From: a virus
IMG/VR virus record: IMGVR_UViG_3300022690_000657
Span: 1-42,016 of that record
Strand: one strand, 5' to 3'
Length of the DNA: 42,016 bases
Shown: positions 14,528-23,809 of the stretch, piece by piece
Layout: every line of letters starts with the position of its first letter
Position numbering within the stretch: position 1 is the first letter of the stretch
The notes under the pieces: generated by a model
Databases searched by the model: none
Told to the model about the DNA's origin: nothing
Seen by the model: only the letters and a program-made list of their open reading frames with translations
Translations under genes and position numbers: made by a program

Positions 14528-17257
14528 TTAAACAACCGCCATTCTATGGTTTTCTTTTGAAAAATGATTAACTCCAATCTTAGTTAACATATGCGATATC
14601 ATCCCAAGACCAGTATAAGTGGTTCCGCCATCAAGCTTAACAAATGAGCTATTAGTAAAGGTTACTAATGTATTTGTGCAATCAAAGTAAACAGGTTGAT
14701 TGTTCGGGTTCTTAGCTCTAATAACATTAATAGAAACGGCTATAGTCGGCGTAAACAAAAAGAAATTAACGTCATCCGGTATGGTTAACGTGTTACCTGC
14801 TACGTGAGCCTCTGTCAATGCAATCTGACCTGATATTAAAGTGTATGCACCATGTGTCATAGGGCATGAAAAATCAGGGCCGTTTTGCGCCTCTGTAGTT
14901 CCAGTGATTACACCGCCCGTACTCATGTCTCGAATTTTTACGGTCGGGTCGTTTATGGTATATATATCCCCAACTTGCCAATTATTATTAGTTCCACCAG
15001 AGAGGGTGGCTATTACAGTTGTTTGAGTATTTGTTGTTATCGTTCCTGATGAGCTATCAGTTTCATTTGTTATAACCAAGCCTTCAAGGCTATCAGGGCC
15101 AAAAGTAGCTAATAAATCCGTTAAGAATGCTGCGCTACCAGCCCCATCATGTGCGCCTCTACTATTTGCAAATCCTAAGATATAAATATTGCCAGCAGCC
15201 CACACGCCCCCGTTAGATAATAGGCCCGTAATGGTTGTTGCTGTATTTGATGTAACAATGGTTGTTTCGTTATTCTCTCCGTTGGTAAGAGTCATTCCTA
15301 CCAGACCATTTACAACAAAAGAAGCGGTTGATGCGGTCAACACGTTAGCACTAGGTACACCAGAATGAATACCGTTTAATGACGATACAGACAAAGTGTA
15401 AACATCACCAACATCATGCGATAAACCGGCCCCTAAAAGACTTGTGGTAATTGTTGTTGCTGTATTGCTAAGTATTATGCTATCAATATTTTTTGTGAAA
15501 TTAAGCAGTCTTAATCCTACTAAGCCGTTGACAACATAATTAGCCAGCGGGTCAGTTAATACAGTTGTGCTTACTGGTCCGTTGTGCTTTCCTGCTGCAC
15601 CCCCCACCCATGCTCCGCGCGGTGAAAATGCGGTACTGGAGATATCAACTTTAGGAAATATACCCCTTACTTTTATCGCTGTTAATCCTGTACTTTCAAT
15701 ACCAGAGAATAACAATGTATTATGATGAAAGCTTTTATGCTCATCAAAACTAATGTCGGCCAATGTATCATTTGGTCGATTACACTCTAAATAACTGTGA
15801 TGGAGGCTGTTACCTTTAGTTCCTAATGTTGACTTGTAGTAAGTTACGCCATGTTCCGCTAAAGCATTAAAAAAGTGATTACCTCCGTGAATATCAGATG
15901 CCGTACCATTATCAATAATATGAGTCTCTTCAATACCCTCAAAATAACAGGTATCAAGGGTTGGCTTTAAAGTGTTTAGCCTTAGATCTATTCCAACTTT
16001 AACCACACTAGATTCAACCTGCTCAAGTTTTAAACCAGACATATTGTCTGTGGTTGTAGCGTTCTCACCAAGAATAAATGCGGTATTGAACCCTCTACCT
16101 GTAATTTTTTTAATTGTTGGTATGCCGCCACCGTCACCAGCCTTAATTCTTATAGCTGCGCCAGTTCTTGGTACGTTGAAGCTGAAAGCATCTACATTTA
16201 AGATATTGGAAGCTTCAATATTACCCTTTAGAAAATACTCAATAGTTAAACCGTCACCGATACCAGCTTGATTTATCTCCATTCTGGTAAATTTAGCATA
16301 TTCACCTATTTGATCAAATAAAATAGCCTGGACTGTATTATTAGCTTCAACCCGCAAACCTTCCATATGGAATGCTCCGCCAGTATTAACAAACCCTAAC
16401 CTATTAACATAATGGATAACCGGCTTTGATGTGGAGGTATTTGTTATTTCTGATGTTAAAGGGTGTGCCGCTGTTACAAAAGCATTAGCAGCACCTTGAC
16501 CTATCAGTTTAAAAGCATCACCTCTAAATTCTGTAGTGGTTGAAGGTGGAAATTCTAAAGTTGAATCGCCCATAGAATTTTGTCCAAACGGGAAAAATAA
16601 CTCACCTATATTGTCATAACTGAAATCGCAAGCTGCTTGTATGGACAAGCCTTCATCTGAGTTATCGCTTTTGATCCCCCATGTTGGAACATCGAGTAGG
16701 ATATCGCTGTCTCTCAAAACAAAGCTGATTAGTGGATCCTCTGTACTTTGTATGATTTTCCTTTCATCAGGCAAGTCTACGTTTGGGGTTGTGCCAGTTA
16801 CAACAGAATCAAATACACCAGAGGATCTCTCCTCGACCATAAAGGCCTCCCCAACACTAACTCCAGCTCTATTTTTTATGGTGGTAACGGTGTCGATATT
16901 TACAACATCGTTTTGAGCAACTACCGGCGATAAACCTTGAGAAAAAATAAGACCTGCAGCCGTAGCGATATTAACAAATGCGGCCGACGTTCCACCCAAA
17001 ACATTAAGGTCAATGATTCCCGCCTCTTCCAAAACTAATTCAAACTCATTTCCAGAAGCATCCGACAACTTAACATCATTTAATGCCAAAGGGTCTTGAC
17101 TTACTGCTATGACATTGCCTGTGGGTTTCCACTTGGCCCCACCTACAGCGCCGATAGTCGAATAACCTAACATCTTGATTATTTCTTCGTTAGCGGTATA
17201 ACCAGATGCCTTTACATGGCTTGCAATAAATTCCACGGTTGTGTTAAATTTTTTCAT
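14528..17257 (-). CDS. Large tailspike / tail-fibre protein (909 aa), beta-helix-like, with three internal repeats
   Basis: Gly/Thr/Asn-rich repetitive beta-strand composition at the distal end of the virion module. Confidence 0.7.
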   Translation of the reverse strand: MKKFNTTVEFIASHVKASGYTANEEIIKMLGYSTIGAVGGAKWKPTGNVIAVSQDPLALNDVKLSDASGNEFELVLEEAGIIDLNVLGGTSAAFVNIATAAGLIFSQGLSPVVAQNDVVNIDTVTTIKNRAGVSVGEAFMVEERSSGVFDSVVTGTTPNVDLPDERKIIQSTEDPLISFVLRDSDILLDVPTWGIKSDNSDEGLSIQAACDFSYDNIGELFFPFGQNSMGDSTLEFPPSTTTEFRGDAFKLIGQGAANAFVTAAHPLTSEITNTSTSKPVIHYVNRLGFVNTGGAFHMEGLRVEANNTVQAILFDQIGEYAKFTRMEINQAGIGDGLTIEYFLKGNIEASNILNVDAFSFNVPRTGAAIRIKAGDGGGIPTIKKITGRGFNTAFILGENATTTDNMSGLKLEQVESSVVKVGIDLRLNTLKPTLDTCYFEGIEETHIIDNGTASDIHGGNHFFNALAEHGVTYYKSTLGTKGNSLHHSYLECNRPNDTLADISFDEHKSFHHNTLLFSGIESTGLTAIKVRGIFPKVDISSTAFSPRGAWVGGAAGKHNGPVSTTVLTDPLANYVVNGLVGLRLLNFTKNIDSIILSNTATTITTSLLGAGLSHDVGDVYTLSVSSLNGIHSGVPSANVLTASTASFVVNGLVGMTLTNGENNETTIVTSNTATTITGLLSNGGVWAAGNIYILGFANSRGAHDGAGSAAFLTDLLATFGPDSLEGLVITNETDSSSGTITTNTQTTVIATLSGGTNNNWQVGDIYTINDPTVKIRDMSTGGVITGTTEAQNGPDFSCPMTHGAYTLISGQIALTEAHVAGNTLTIPDDVNFFLFTPTIAVSINVIRAKNPNNQPVYFDCTNTLVTFTNSSFVKLDGGTTYTGLGMISHMLTKIGVNHFSKENHRMAVV
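14954..15562 (-). repeat. Three tandem modules of about 72 aa inside the 909-aa spike (roughly aa 566-768)
   Basis: VLTDPLANYVVNGLVGLRLLNFT..SNTATTITTSL..GDVYTL / VLTASTASFVVNGLVGMTLTNGE..SNTATTITGLLSNGG.W.AGNIYIL / FLTDLLATFGPDSLEGLVITNET..TNTQTTVIATLSGGTNNNWQVGDIYTI. Confidence 0.7.
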
Positions 17258-17267
17258 AATTAATTAC

Positions 17268-17621
17268 TCAAGCATTTCCAAAAATAAAACTAACGGTAAT
17301 AGTATCTGTTGTTTCTAAATCCGCGTTACCGGTATCAGTAACAGTTACTCTAAAAGTAGCAAAAAATTCTTTACCAAGGTTTCCGCTTGCGCTAAATGTA
17401 GTCGAAGAACTTGTCGGGCTATCTATCGATATTTGACTATCCCCACTTACTCTCTCCCATAAAAACGTTACCGGGCCAACCTCACCAGTAACGTTTGCAG
17501 TAGCCAACCCAGTAGTCGCGCTTCCTGGTGGTGAATTTACAAACAATACCCCTGGAGTAATAAAAACTCCGTAAGTTTGCACCGCAATGGAAGCGGATAT
17601 AGCTTTTGATGCACCTAACAT
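17268..17621 (-). CDS. Small Ig-like (PKD-like) domain virion protein
   Basis: VTFLWERVSGDSQISIDSPTSSSTTFSASG...FRVTVTDTGNADLETTDTITV is a PKD / Ig-type pattern. Confidence 0.5.
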   Translation of the reverse strand: MLGASKAISASIAVQTYGVFITPGVLFVNSPPGSATTGLATANVTGEVGPVTFLWERVSGDSQISIDSPTSSSTTFSASGNLGKEFFATFRVTVTDTGNADLETTDTITVSFIFGNA

Positions 17622-17630
17622 ATCTACCCC

Positions 17631-18791
17631 CTAGCTAAAATTCTGGCCCGCTGTCTTACCAGACCAAGTAACTCCGGCGTCGTAAGTGGTAAAAATATAT
17701 TCATCGACGGCGCCTATCCCGGCGGATACAGTCGGCGCACTACCGCCAGCCCATTTTATTAATGCAGGCCACGTAATTCCGTGACCCCCTACACCGTCTT
17801 GCGTCACCCTAAGCGTAACAGTACTGGCATAAGTTGAATCAGGATTAAAATTAACAAAAACAACATCGGATATACTTACCGTAAGCGTTACTATTTGAAT
17901 AACCCCGCTATTCAAGTTAAGAGTCATGACACCAGATGCTACCTGAGCCGTATCAATTTTTTCGGAATAGTTCTGAAAACGATATAAATTGTTTTGAAGC
18001 TCAAGCTGTAGGGTGCCGTTAAGATCTAAAAAGTTAACGCCATCATTAGTTTCTGCAGTCACAATAACTTTATATTTGTCACCGCCTAATCCATCACCCT
18101 CTGATGCATTGCCATTCAGAGTAACAGTATCGCTTACCGTTAATTCCCCTGCAGCGGCGGAGCTAGCGGCTGTCGCTAAATCTGGAAAGACTAATAGTGA
18201 CGCGGCACCTACAACTACCGGTATCAATTGACCTGTTGGGTCATTTTGACGGGCAACAATAATATCCCCAGCATTATAAGACTGAGTTAATTCAATTGTG
18301 CTAGAGTTGGTAACAGTATAATCAGTGTCTTTTTTCAAAAAACCTTGATCGCCAATATTTGTTTGCAGATAAAAAACCGACTCATTTGCACCAAGACTAG
18401 GTAAAACTACGGTGGTTTGTCCTGCAGTTAAGGTGATTAGGTCAACTGCAACAACACCGCTAAACCCTTCACTACCTTCTGCAATGTTTTCAACTCTAGG
18501 AACTTGATAAACCTGACCGTCGAATCTATCTAATACGGTAAAAGAATAATCTCCGTCAACATCAAGTATAACTGGACTACCTTGAAATTCAGGAACGCCA
18601 CCGGAACCAGTCGCAACAGGTTGAGGCAAACTAACAACGTCACCGTTTTCTTGTATGCCTCGAACAAGCTTTTGATTGGCTGCAATGGTTGGATCGGTAT
18701 CAGGCAAACCAAAAAACATTTTGGCATTAAATACCGGCCGACCTTTGGTAGGATCAGCAATATACTGAAATGGATTGGCTATCTGGGTCAT
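17631..18791 (-). CDS. Tailspike / fibre with a P22-type N-terminal head-binding domain
   Basis: RPVFNAKMFFGLPDTDPTIAANQKLVRGIQENGD resembles P22 gp9 [29 protein letters not shown]. Confidence 0.65.
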   Translation of the reverse strand: MTQIANPFQYIADPTKGRPVFNAKMFFGLPDTDPTIAANQKLVRGIQENGDVVSLPQPVATGSGGVPEFQGSPVILDVDGDYSFTVLDRFDGQVYQVPRVENIAEGSEGFSGVVAVDLITLTAGQTTVVLPSLGANESVFYLQTNIGDQGFLKKDTDYTVTNSSTIELTQSYNAGDIIVARQNDPTGQLIPVVVGAASLLVFPDLATAASSAAAGELTVSDTVTLNGNASEGDGLGGDKYKVIVTAETNDGVNFLDLNGTLQLELQNNLYRFQNYSEKIDTAQVASGVMTLNLNSGVIQIVTLTVSISDVVFVNFNPDSTYASTVTLRVTQDGVGGHGITWPALIKWAGGSAPTVSAGIGAVDEYIFTTYDAGVTWSGKTAGQNFS

Positions 18792-18859
18792 TCTGTCGCC
18801 TCTTGATTTGATTTATGGCTTAGTCTTACTTGTTCTAATTTCGTGTTAACATTAAGTTC

Positions 18860-18868
18860 ATTGTAACA
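18860..18868 (-). promoter_or_regulatory. Extended -10 element TGTTACAAT (part of the shared 11-mer GTGTTACAATG)
   Basis: Read on the minus strand in the 164-bp gap upstream of the tailspike gene. The identical 11-mer occurs at 26807-26817. Confidence 0.45.
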
Positions 18869-18955
18869 CTTTAAGGTTTTCTATCATGACAGACAATAAA
18901 GTTATATTAAAATCTATTGATAAATCACTTCGTACTATTTGTTTTGTGCTTATAT

Positions 18956-20608
18956 TTATTCTCTCATATTTTGTTGCTGGTCTGTTTTAACAGCTTGTCC
19001 AGCTTCACCAGATAAAGCGCCAGCAGCTAGATTTATAGCTCTACGACCTTTGGCTAGATCAACAGCATCTTGAAATGTTTTGTTTGCTATCATTTCTAGC
19101 TCATTTAAATTAATTTGCGGGTCAGATAGTAAGTCGGCTAAATCCTCAACACTTCTTTTTGCTTTTGGAACTGAGGTTAAATAAGCCTTAGCTATTTTAT
19201 TTGCATCAGTTCCAGCCCTCGTCATTGAGTCGACAAACTTAGCTTTATTTCTAGTAAGCTTTTGTGCTACTTGCTTTGATACTGATCCGATAGCTGGAAT
19301 GATTATACCGCCAGAACCAAGCCCCATCAAACCACCTAATCCAGCGCTGCCGCTGGCCATCATAGCCTGAAAAAAACCAGGCGATCTATCGATTGATATT
19401 CCGGTTTTACCTATCAACCGAGTCATATTTTGCTTGAAATCACCTTTTACTAAATCCCTCATTATCTGCTTTTCAGATTCAGGAATGAATTTAGATTTCT
19501 TTTTGTTGTTTAATAGGTTGTTTAATTCGTTTCTTATTCCTGCTTCCGCTCCTGCAGCTCTTGCTTCACCTTTGGTTATAGCTTCGTTAATCATTTCTGA
19601 CCTTTTAGCTCTTCCCCACAACTTACGAGCGGCATCATATTTTTTACCTGTTGAAGCGTCACCTTTTAATAAATCTTTTCTTGACATTTGGTCCATGAAA
19701 CTATCAATTTCATCAATCATCATATTACCAAGCATAGCTTCGCCTGCATCAGCGCTACCAGCTACTTTTTGAGCTATATTCCTTTGAATATCAAGCTCTG
19801 TTATTGGCTGAGCAGTTCCTTTTATATCTCTTAAAGCTTGCATTGCTCCTGAAGCTTGAACAGTTACTCTTGGATCTAAACCTTTTTTCCTTGTTTCTGC
19901 GTCGATTTTATTAACGAGTTTATCTATTGATTTTGGCTTTATAGTTACGCCAGACTCATCAATCTCTTTGTAGATAGCCCTTGATGCACTTTTTATTGCT
20001 TCAACTTCTGGAGCTGATTCTAATATTGACTGCTCAACCATTTTTTTAGTTAGTGGTTTTGGTGCGCCAGAAATTCGCTTTGCTCCCTTTATTCCTAACA
20101 GCTCTAATGCTGCAGTTGGTAGGGTATGAGCTATTGTGGCTAGAGCAGGACTTCCAGTTAAATCAAGTACGGATTCACCTAAAAACGCTTCAGCAGAAGA
20201 TAAAGCCTCGCCAACAGGAGCTAAAGCCTCACCTATAGCTTGTTGTTGCTGTATTCCTGCCTCTGTTTCTGGCTGATAAGTTAAAGCTTCTCTAGTTGCT
20301 TCAACCGCTCTAGCACCCGCACCTTCCTCAGCAAAAGGATTTAGAGATTGAGCAATTCCAGCAACACCAGCAACAGGTTCGGCAACTGCGCCACTAACAA
20401 AAGATGCAGCAGTTTCTAGACCGCCAACGATATCTTCGCCAATGGTAGTTTCTGTCTGCTGAGGTTGCAACTGTTGTTGAGGCTGTTGCGCTGTAAAGTC
20501 TGATTCTTTAGCTAGTCCCGCAGATATAGCTTTCTGCATTATTACGTCTTTGGGTGTGCCTTCTGGAACACCTTTAATTACTTGTCCGTTAGGGAGAGTC
20601 ACATCCAT
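18956..20608 (-). CDS. Ejection / internal virion protein (P22 gp16 position)
   Basis: 550 aa, Ala/Gly/Gln-rich. It is the third of three consecutive such genes after the tail hub. Confidence 0.5.
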   Translation of the reverse strand: MDVTLPNGQVIKGVPEGTPKDVIMQKAISAGLAKESDFTAQQPQQQLQPQQTETTIGEDIVGGLETAASFVSGAVAEPVAGVAGIAQSLNPFAEEGAGARAVEATREALTYQPETEAGIQQQQAIGEALAPVGEALSSAEAFLGESVLDLTGSPALATIAHTLPTAALELLGIKGAKRISGAPKPLTKKMVEQSILESAPEVEAIKSASRAIYKEIDESGVTIKPKSIDKLVNKIDAETRKKGLDPRVTVQASGAMQALRDIKGTAQPITELDIQRNIAQKVAGSADAGEAMLGNMMIDEIDSFMDQMSRKDLLKGDASTGKKYDAARKLWGRAKRSEMINEAITKGEARAAGAEAGIRNELNNLLNNKKKSKFIPESEKQIMRDLVKGDFKQNMTRLIGKTGISIDRSPGFFQAMMASGSAGLGGLMGLGSGGIIIPAIGSVSKQVAQKLTRNKAKFVDSMTRAGTDANKIAKAYLTSVPKAKRSVEDLADLLSDPQINLNELEMIANKTFQDAVDLAKGRRAINLAAGALSGEAGQAVKTDQQQNMRE

Positions 20609-21888
20609 TATAAGTCAGCCCAGTTAATGATTTTTGGTTGTACTTGCTGAGCAGGGACTTGTTGAGGTGTTGCTATCGCAGGGATATCATCAAACCCTTT
20701 GCTATACATTAAGTTGGTATCCTCAAATTCCTTCTCAAGCCTATCAATAGTAGAAAGGTTAGAGTTGACTATTTGATCTATTACTCTTGCTAGCTCAGCA
20801 GGATCACCAGCCTGATCTAGAGCGCCCAGCTTTGATTCAAGCAATACCAATTCCGCTTCACTGATTGCGCCAAGAGTGCCACCGCTTGCTTTTAAGTCTG
20901 TTAATGTACTAAACGCTGAATGCGCCCTTAATGTATCAAGCTGTTTCTTCAATGTTCTAGATTCTGCGCCTGGAATACCTGATAAAGATGCACCGTATTT
21001 TGTAGTTAAAGAGCTTATTCTGCTTTTAATCTGATCTGCTGTTGCCCTTAATATGCCTTGGCTTGCTCTTGCTGAACTAATTTTAGCTTTAAACTTAGGC
21101 TTTCCAGTTCTCCATTTTGTTTTGCTAACAGCGAAATCATTCCTAGATTTTTTATCTGCGGCAATATCTGCTAACGCTCTAGTTTGGATGCTTAAATTTT
21201 CAGAGGCAGCATCTACAATAGGCTCCCATTTTTGGGTTTCGGGATTTAACTGGTGTTCAACTCCTGCTACCTTTACTGTCTTTGGTGAATATCGCGTTAA
21301 GTCTCCGATATTACCTGTTTCTTCATACTTAGCCATAGATTCAACAGTGAAGTCTTTTGGACTAGCTGCGCCTATATTGGCTCCTGCTCTAACTCCAACA
21401 CCACCAACAAGCTCTTTGTAAGCATCTTTGCCCATACCTTTGTAAAGCATGGTGTTGATAACTAACTGATCCTGCCTTAAGTCTTTACCCATCATGGTAG
21501 AGTCAAAATCAATTAGTGGGTCAGCCTCTGCCTCAACGACTAAATCAGAAGCTGACAATTCATCACCACTATCAATGGCACGTTTATATTTTTGAGCCCA
21601 AGCAAGTTCTGCTTGAACTTTAGCTTGATTTGCCGACGTACCTTCGCGTTTTTGTCGCTCAAATAACCGTTGTTCATATTTAGAGGCTAAATCGGGATTA
21701 ATAGCAAAAAGATTGTCGATGGCATCAGGGTCTCCAGTAGCAGCGCCAGCCATTGCATCCTGTATTTTTTGACGCTGTGCCGCCAGTTCCATTTTTTCTC
21801 GGCGAACGTCACGACCTGCTAAAGCCTGACTAAGCCCTTCACCTGGATCATAGCCACCCAGTGGGTTTATAGAAAATTGATTAGGCAT
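20608..21888 (-). CDS. Ejection / internal virion protein (P22 gp20 position)
   Basis: ORF 20608..21909. The ATG at 21888 follows GGGGA and lies just past the upstream stop. Confidence 0.5.
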   Translation of the reverse strand: MPNQFSINPLGGYDPGEGLSQALAGRDVRREKMELAAQRQKIQDAMAGAATGDPDAIDNLFAINPDLASKYEQRLFERQKREGTSANQAKVQAELAWAQKYKRAIDSGDELSASDLVVEAEADPLIDFDSTMMGKDLRQDQLVINTMLYKGMGKDAYKELVGGVGVRAGANIGAASPKDFTVESMAKYEETGNIGDLTRYSPKTVKVAGVEHQLNPETQKWEPIVDAASENLSIQTRALADIAADKKSRNDFAVSKTKWRTGKPKFKAKISSARASQGILRATADQIKSRISSLTTKYGASLSGIPGAESRTLKKQLDTLRAHSAFSTLTDLKASGGTLGAISEAELVLLESKLGALDQAGDPAELARVIDQIVNSNLSTIDRLEKEFEDTNLMYSKGFDDIPAIATPQQVPAQQVQPKIINWADL

Positions 21889-21889
21889 A

Positions 21890-22450
21890 TTATCCCCAGT
21901 CTCGTTCAATACCAGTATTTAGTATGCTGAGTAAATTACCATACCCAGCCTGTTGAGCTTGCCCTGAAGCAATTTGACCAGCACCTAATGTTTGTCCAAT
22001 ACCTGTCATAGTTTGGGCAATAGCATTGGTATTCAGAGGTTGTTGTGATAAGCCAGAGATCCCCATTAATCGTTGATTAACTAAATTTTGAAGAACCGCT
22101 TGATTTGATTGGTTTAAATCCTGCGTGGTATTACCTGAACGTGTTAGTCCTCTCTCACCAGCTTGAGCAAGTACACCTTCTTGGCCGGATCGTATCATTT
22201 GACCGTAAAACGGGCTTGACTGAACATCTTCAATTAAGGCTTGTTGACCTTCACCACCCCGATAATAATCAGCGAGCATAGGTAGAAACTCGTTCCTGAT
22301 TTCAAGTGGCAATGCTTCAACTTCTCGCTGATATGCTAGTGCGTCCGACTCTGCACCGGCCGCTGTTCTTGCCGCCGACTCTGCACCACTAGAAGCCTCT
22401 CTTGATCCCAGATACCCTATTCCTGCGGCCGCAACGTAACCCCAAGGCAC
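21890..22450 (-). CDS. Ejection / internal virion protein (P22 gp7 position), GTG start
   Basis: 186 aa, Gly/Ala/Gln-rich. Confidence 0.45.
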   Translation of the reverse strand: MPWGYVAAAGIGYLGSREASSGAESAARTAAGAESDALAYQREVEALPLEIRNEFLPMLADYYRGGEGQQALIEDVQSSPFYGQMIRSGQEGVLAQAGERGLTRSGNTTQDLNQSNQAVLQNLVNQRLMGISGLSQQPLNTNAIAQTMTGIGQTLGAGQIASGQAQQAGYGNLLSILNTGIERDWG

Positions 22451-22453
22451 CGG

Positions 22454-23038
22454 TTACACCAATTCGCCAAGCATAAAGCCTGACTTATCCAGTTTAGATT
22501 GTTTAATGCAAATAATCATTGCTATACGATCCTCTTTTGAGTTATTTTCCACCCAATGCATGTAGGCGTTATCAAACGCCCACACATCACCGCAGTCTGG
22601 CTCTATGATACCACAATCGAATCCAAATATTGCACCCCGCTTGTTTTTGATTGGGACGTAGTATTTATCATAGTATTCAGCATGCCATCCAGAATCTCGA
22701 TGTGGTTGTATTTTCCCGCCAGGTGGAAGCCTAGTAATTAATACACCGCCTAACCTTTCACCATCAACTAAGGCCATCACATCAAAGCATAATCGTTTTA
22801 ATGATGGTAAATTTTTGAGCCAGACAGCATCATGCTCTTCAGCTATTTTTGAAAAATTGCCGGTTTCTAGCATTTCTGTTAAATCTCCATATCTCAACCA
22901 GATATCGTCCATGTCGGCATGAACTGGACCGGCTTCTTTTCGGGCGTTAAATTCTCCGAATAGATGCGCATTTTCTTCCAGTTCTATTTTCGCAGGACCT
23001 ATATCAAGACCTGAATATATTTTATTGAATGAGTCCAT
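22454..23038 (-). CDS. Aspartyl / asparaginyl beta-hydroxylase-family (cupin, Fe/2OG) oxygenase
   Basis: LPPGGKIQPHRDSG...YYVPI...GAIFGF...GDVWAFDNAYMHWVENNSKEDRIAMIICI matches the Asp_Arg_Hydrox pattern with the H-x-D...H triad. Confidence 0.7.
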   Translation of the reverse strand: MDSFNKIYSGLDIGPAKIELEENAHLFGEFNARKEAGPVHADMDDIWLRYGDLTEMLETGNFSKIAEEHDAVWLKNLPSLKRLCFDVMALVDGERLGGVLITRLPPGGKIQPHRDSGWHAEYYDKYYVPIKNKRGAIFGFDCGIIEPDCGDVWAFDNAYMHWVENNSKEDRIAMIICIKQSKLDKSGFMLGELV

Positions 23039-23525
23039 TAAACAGTTCCTTAGCGGCTTTGGCATCAATATTAAAAGGATCAGATTGAATATTAAAATCT
23101 TTTAGTATGGTGTATGTTTCTTTCCATGGCATATCAATTAGATATCGCCAAATTTCATGAAGACGATCATTGATATCTGATTGATTAATTCGCAGACCTT
23201 TAATTTCTTTCATTTGCTCATTAAGTTGATAAATATAATCACGACTATCTCCACCATAAGTATCATCACACCACTTAATACATCTTTTAACTTGCTCATG
23301 ATTTTTTTCAATAATTACAACAGGTGAATCAGGGAATAGTTTGTTTAATTTAATCATCATGAGGCCAGTGGAACTATCTCCGCCATTATTTAGTTTATTT
23401 GAGTATTCATCGAGAGAGCGACAGCCGTTTAAACCTTCATGATGGCAGAACCTACCAGACTGAGAAAGAAATACCGACAACCATGCTGTTCTGCTTCTTG
23501 GTAGACCAACGACAAAATAACTCAT
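23022..23525 (-). CDS. Sulfotransferase-like P-loop protein
   Basis: The N-terminus YFVVGLPRSRTAWLS resembles the 5'-PSB loop (GxPRSGTT) of sulfotransferases, but has Arg in place of Gly. It has an ATGA overlap with the upstream gene. Confidence 0.4.
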   Translation of the reverse strand: MSYFVVGLPRSRTAWLSVFLSQSGRFCHHEGLNGCRSLDEYSNKLNNGGDSSTGLMMIKLNKLFPDSPVVIIEKNHEQVKRCIKWCDDTYGGDSRDYIYQLNEQMKEIKGLRINQSDINDRLHEIWRYLIDMPWKETYTILKDFNIQSDPFNIDAKAAKELFNGLIQ

Positions 23526-23809
23526 GGGAAAGCCACCCATCCGGTCTGAGCATTAAATATTGGATTGAAATAAAGTGTCGGAACCGCCGTGTCAACATAA
23601 AGTAGGCTAAAGTTAGCGAATACAATACCTTCTGGACTACCGGTACCGCTTTGAGGGGATAGACCACCGTTGTTAATGGTATCAAGTATTCTATTAACGT
23701 CGTCTTTTAATCCTTGGTAGTCTTCTATGGCGTTTTCCGACCATTTAGGGTGCGCTTCTGCGGCTGCCTGGTAATCCTGTATTGTTTGTAATGTTTCAAT
23801 CATGGTCAA
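23522..23809 (-). CDS. Small virion protein at the needle / plug position (95 aa)
   Basis: Helical N-terminal half. The C-terminal GSPEGIVFANFSLLYVDT...LYFNP...TGW is a fibre-tip-like motif. It follows the gp10-like hub gene. Confidence 0.35.
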   Translation of the reverse strand: MTMIETLQTIQDYQAAAEAHPKWSENAIEDYQGLKDDVNRILDTINNGGLSPQSGTGSPEGIVFANFSLLYVDTAVPTLYFNPIFNAQTGWVAFP

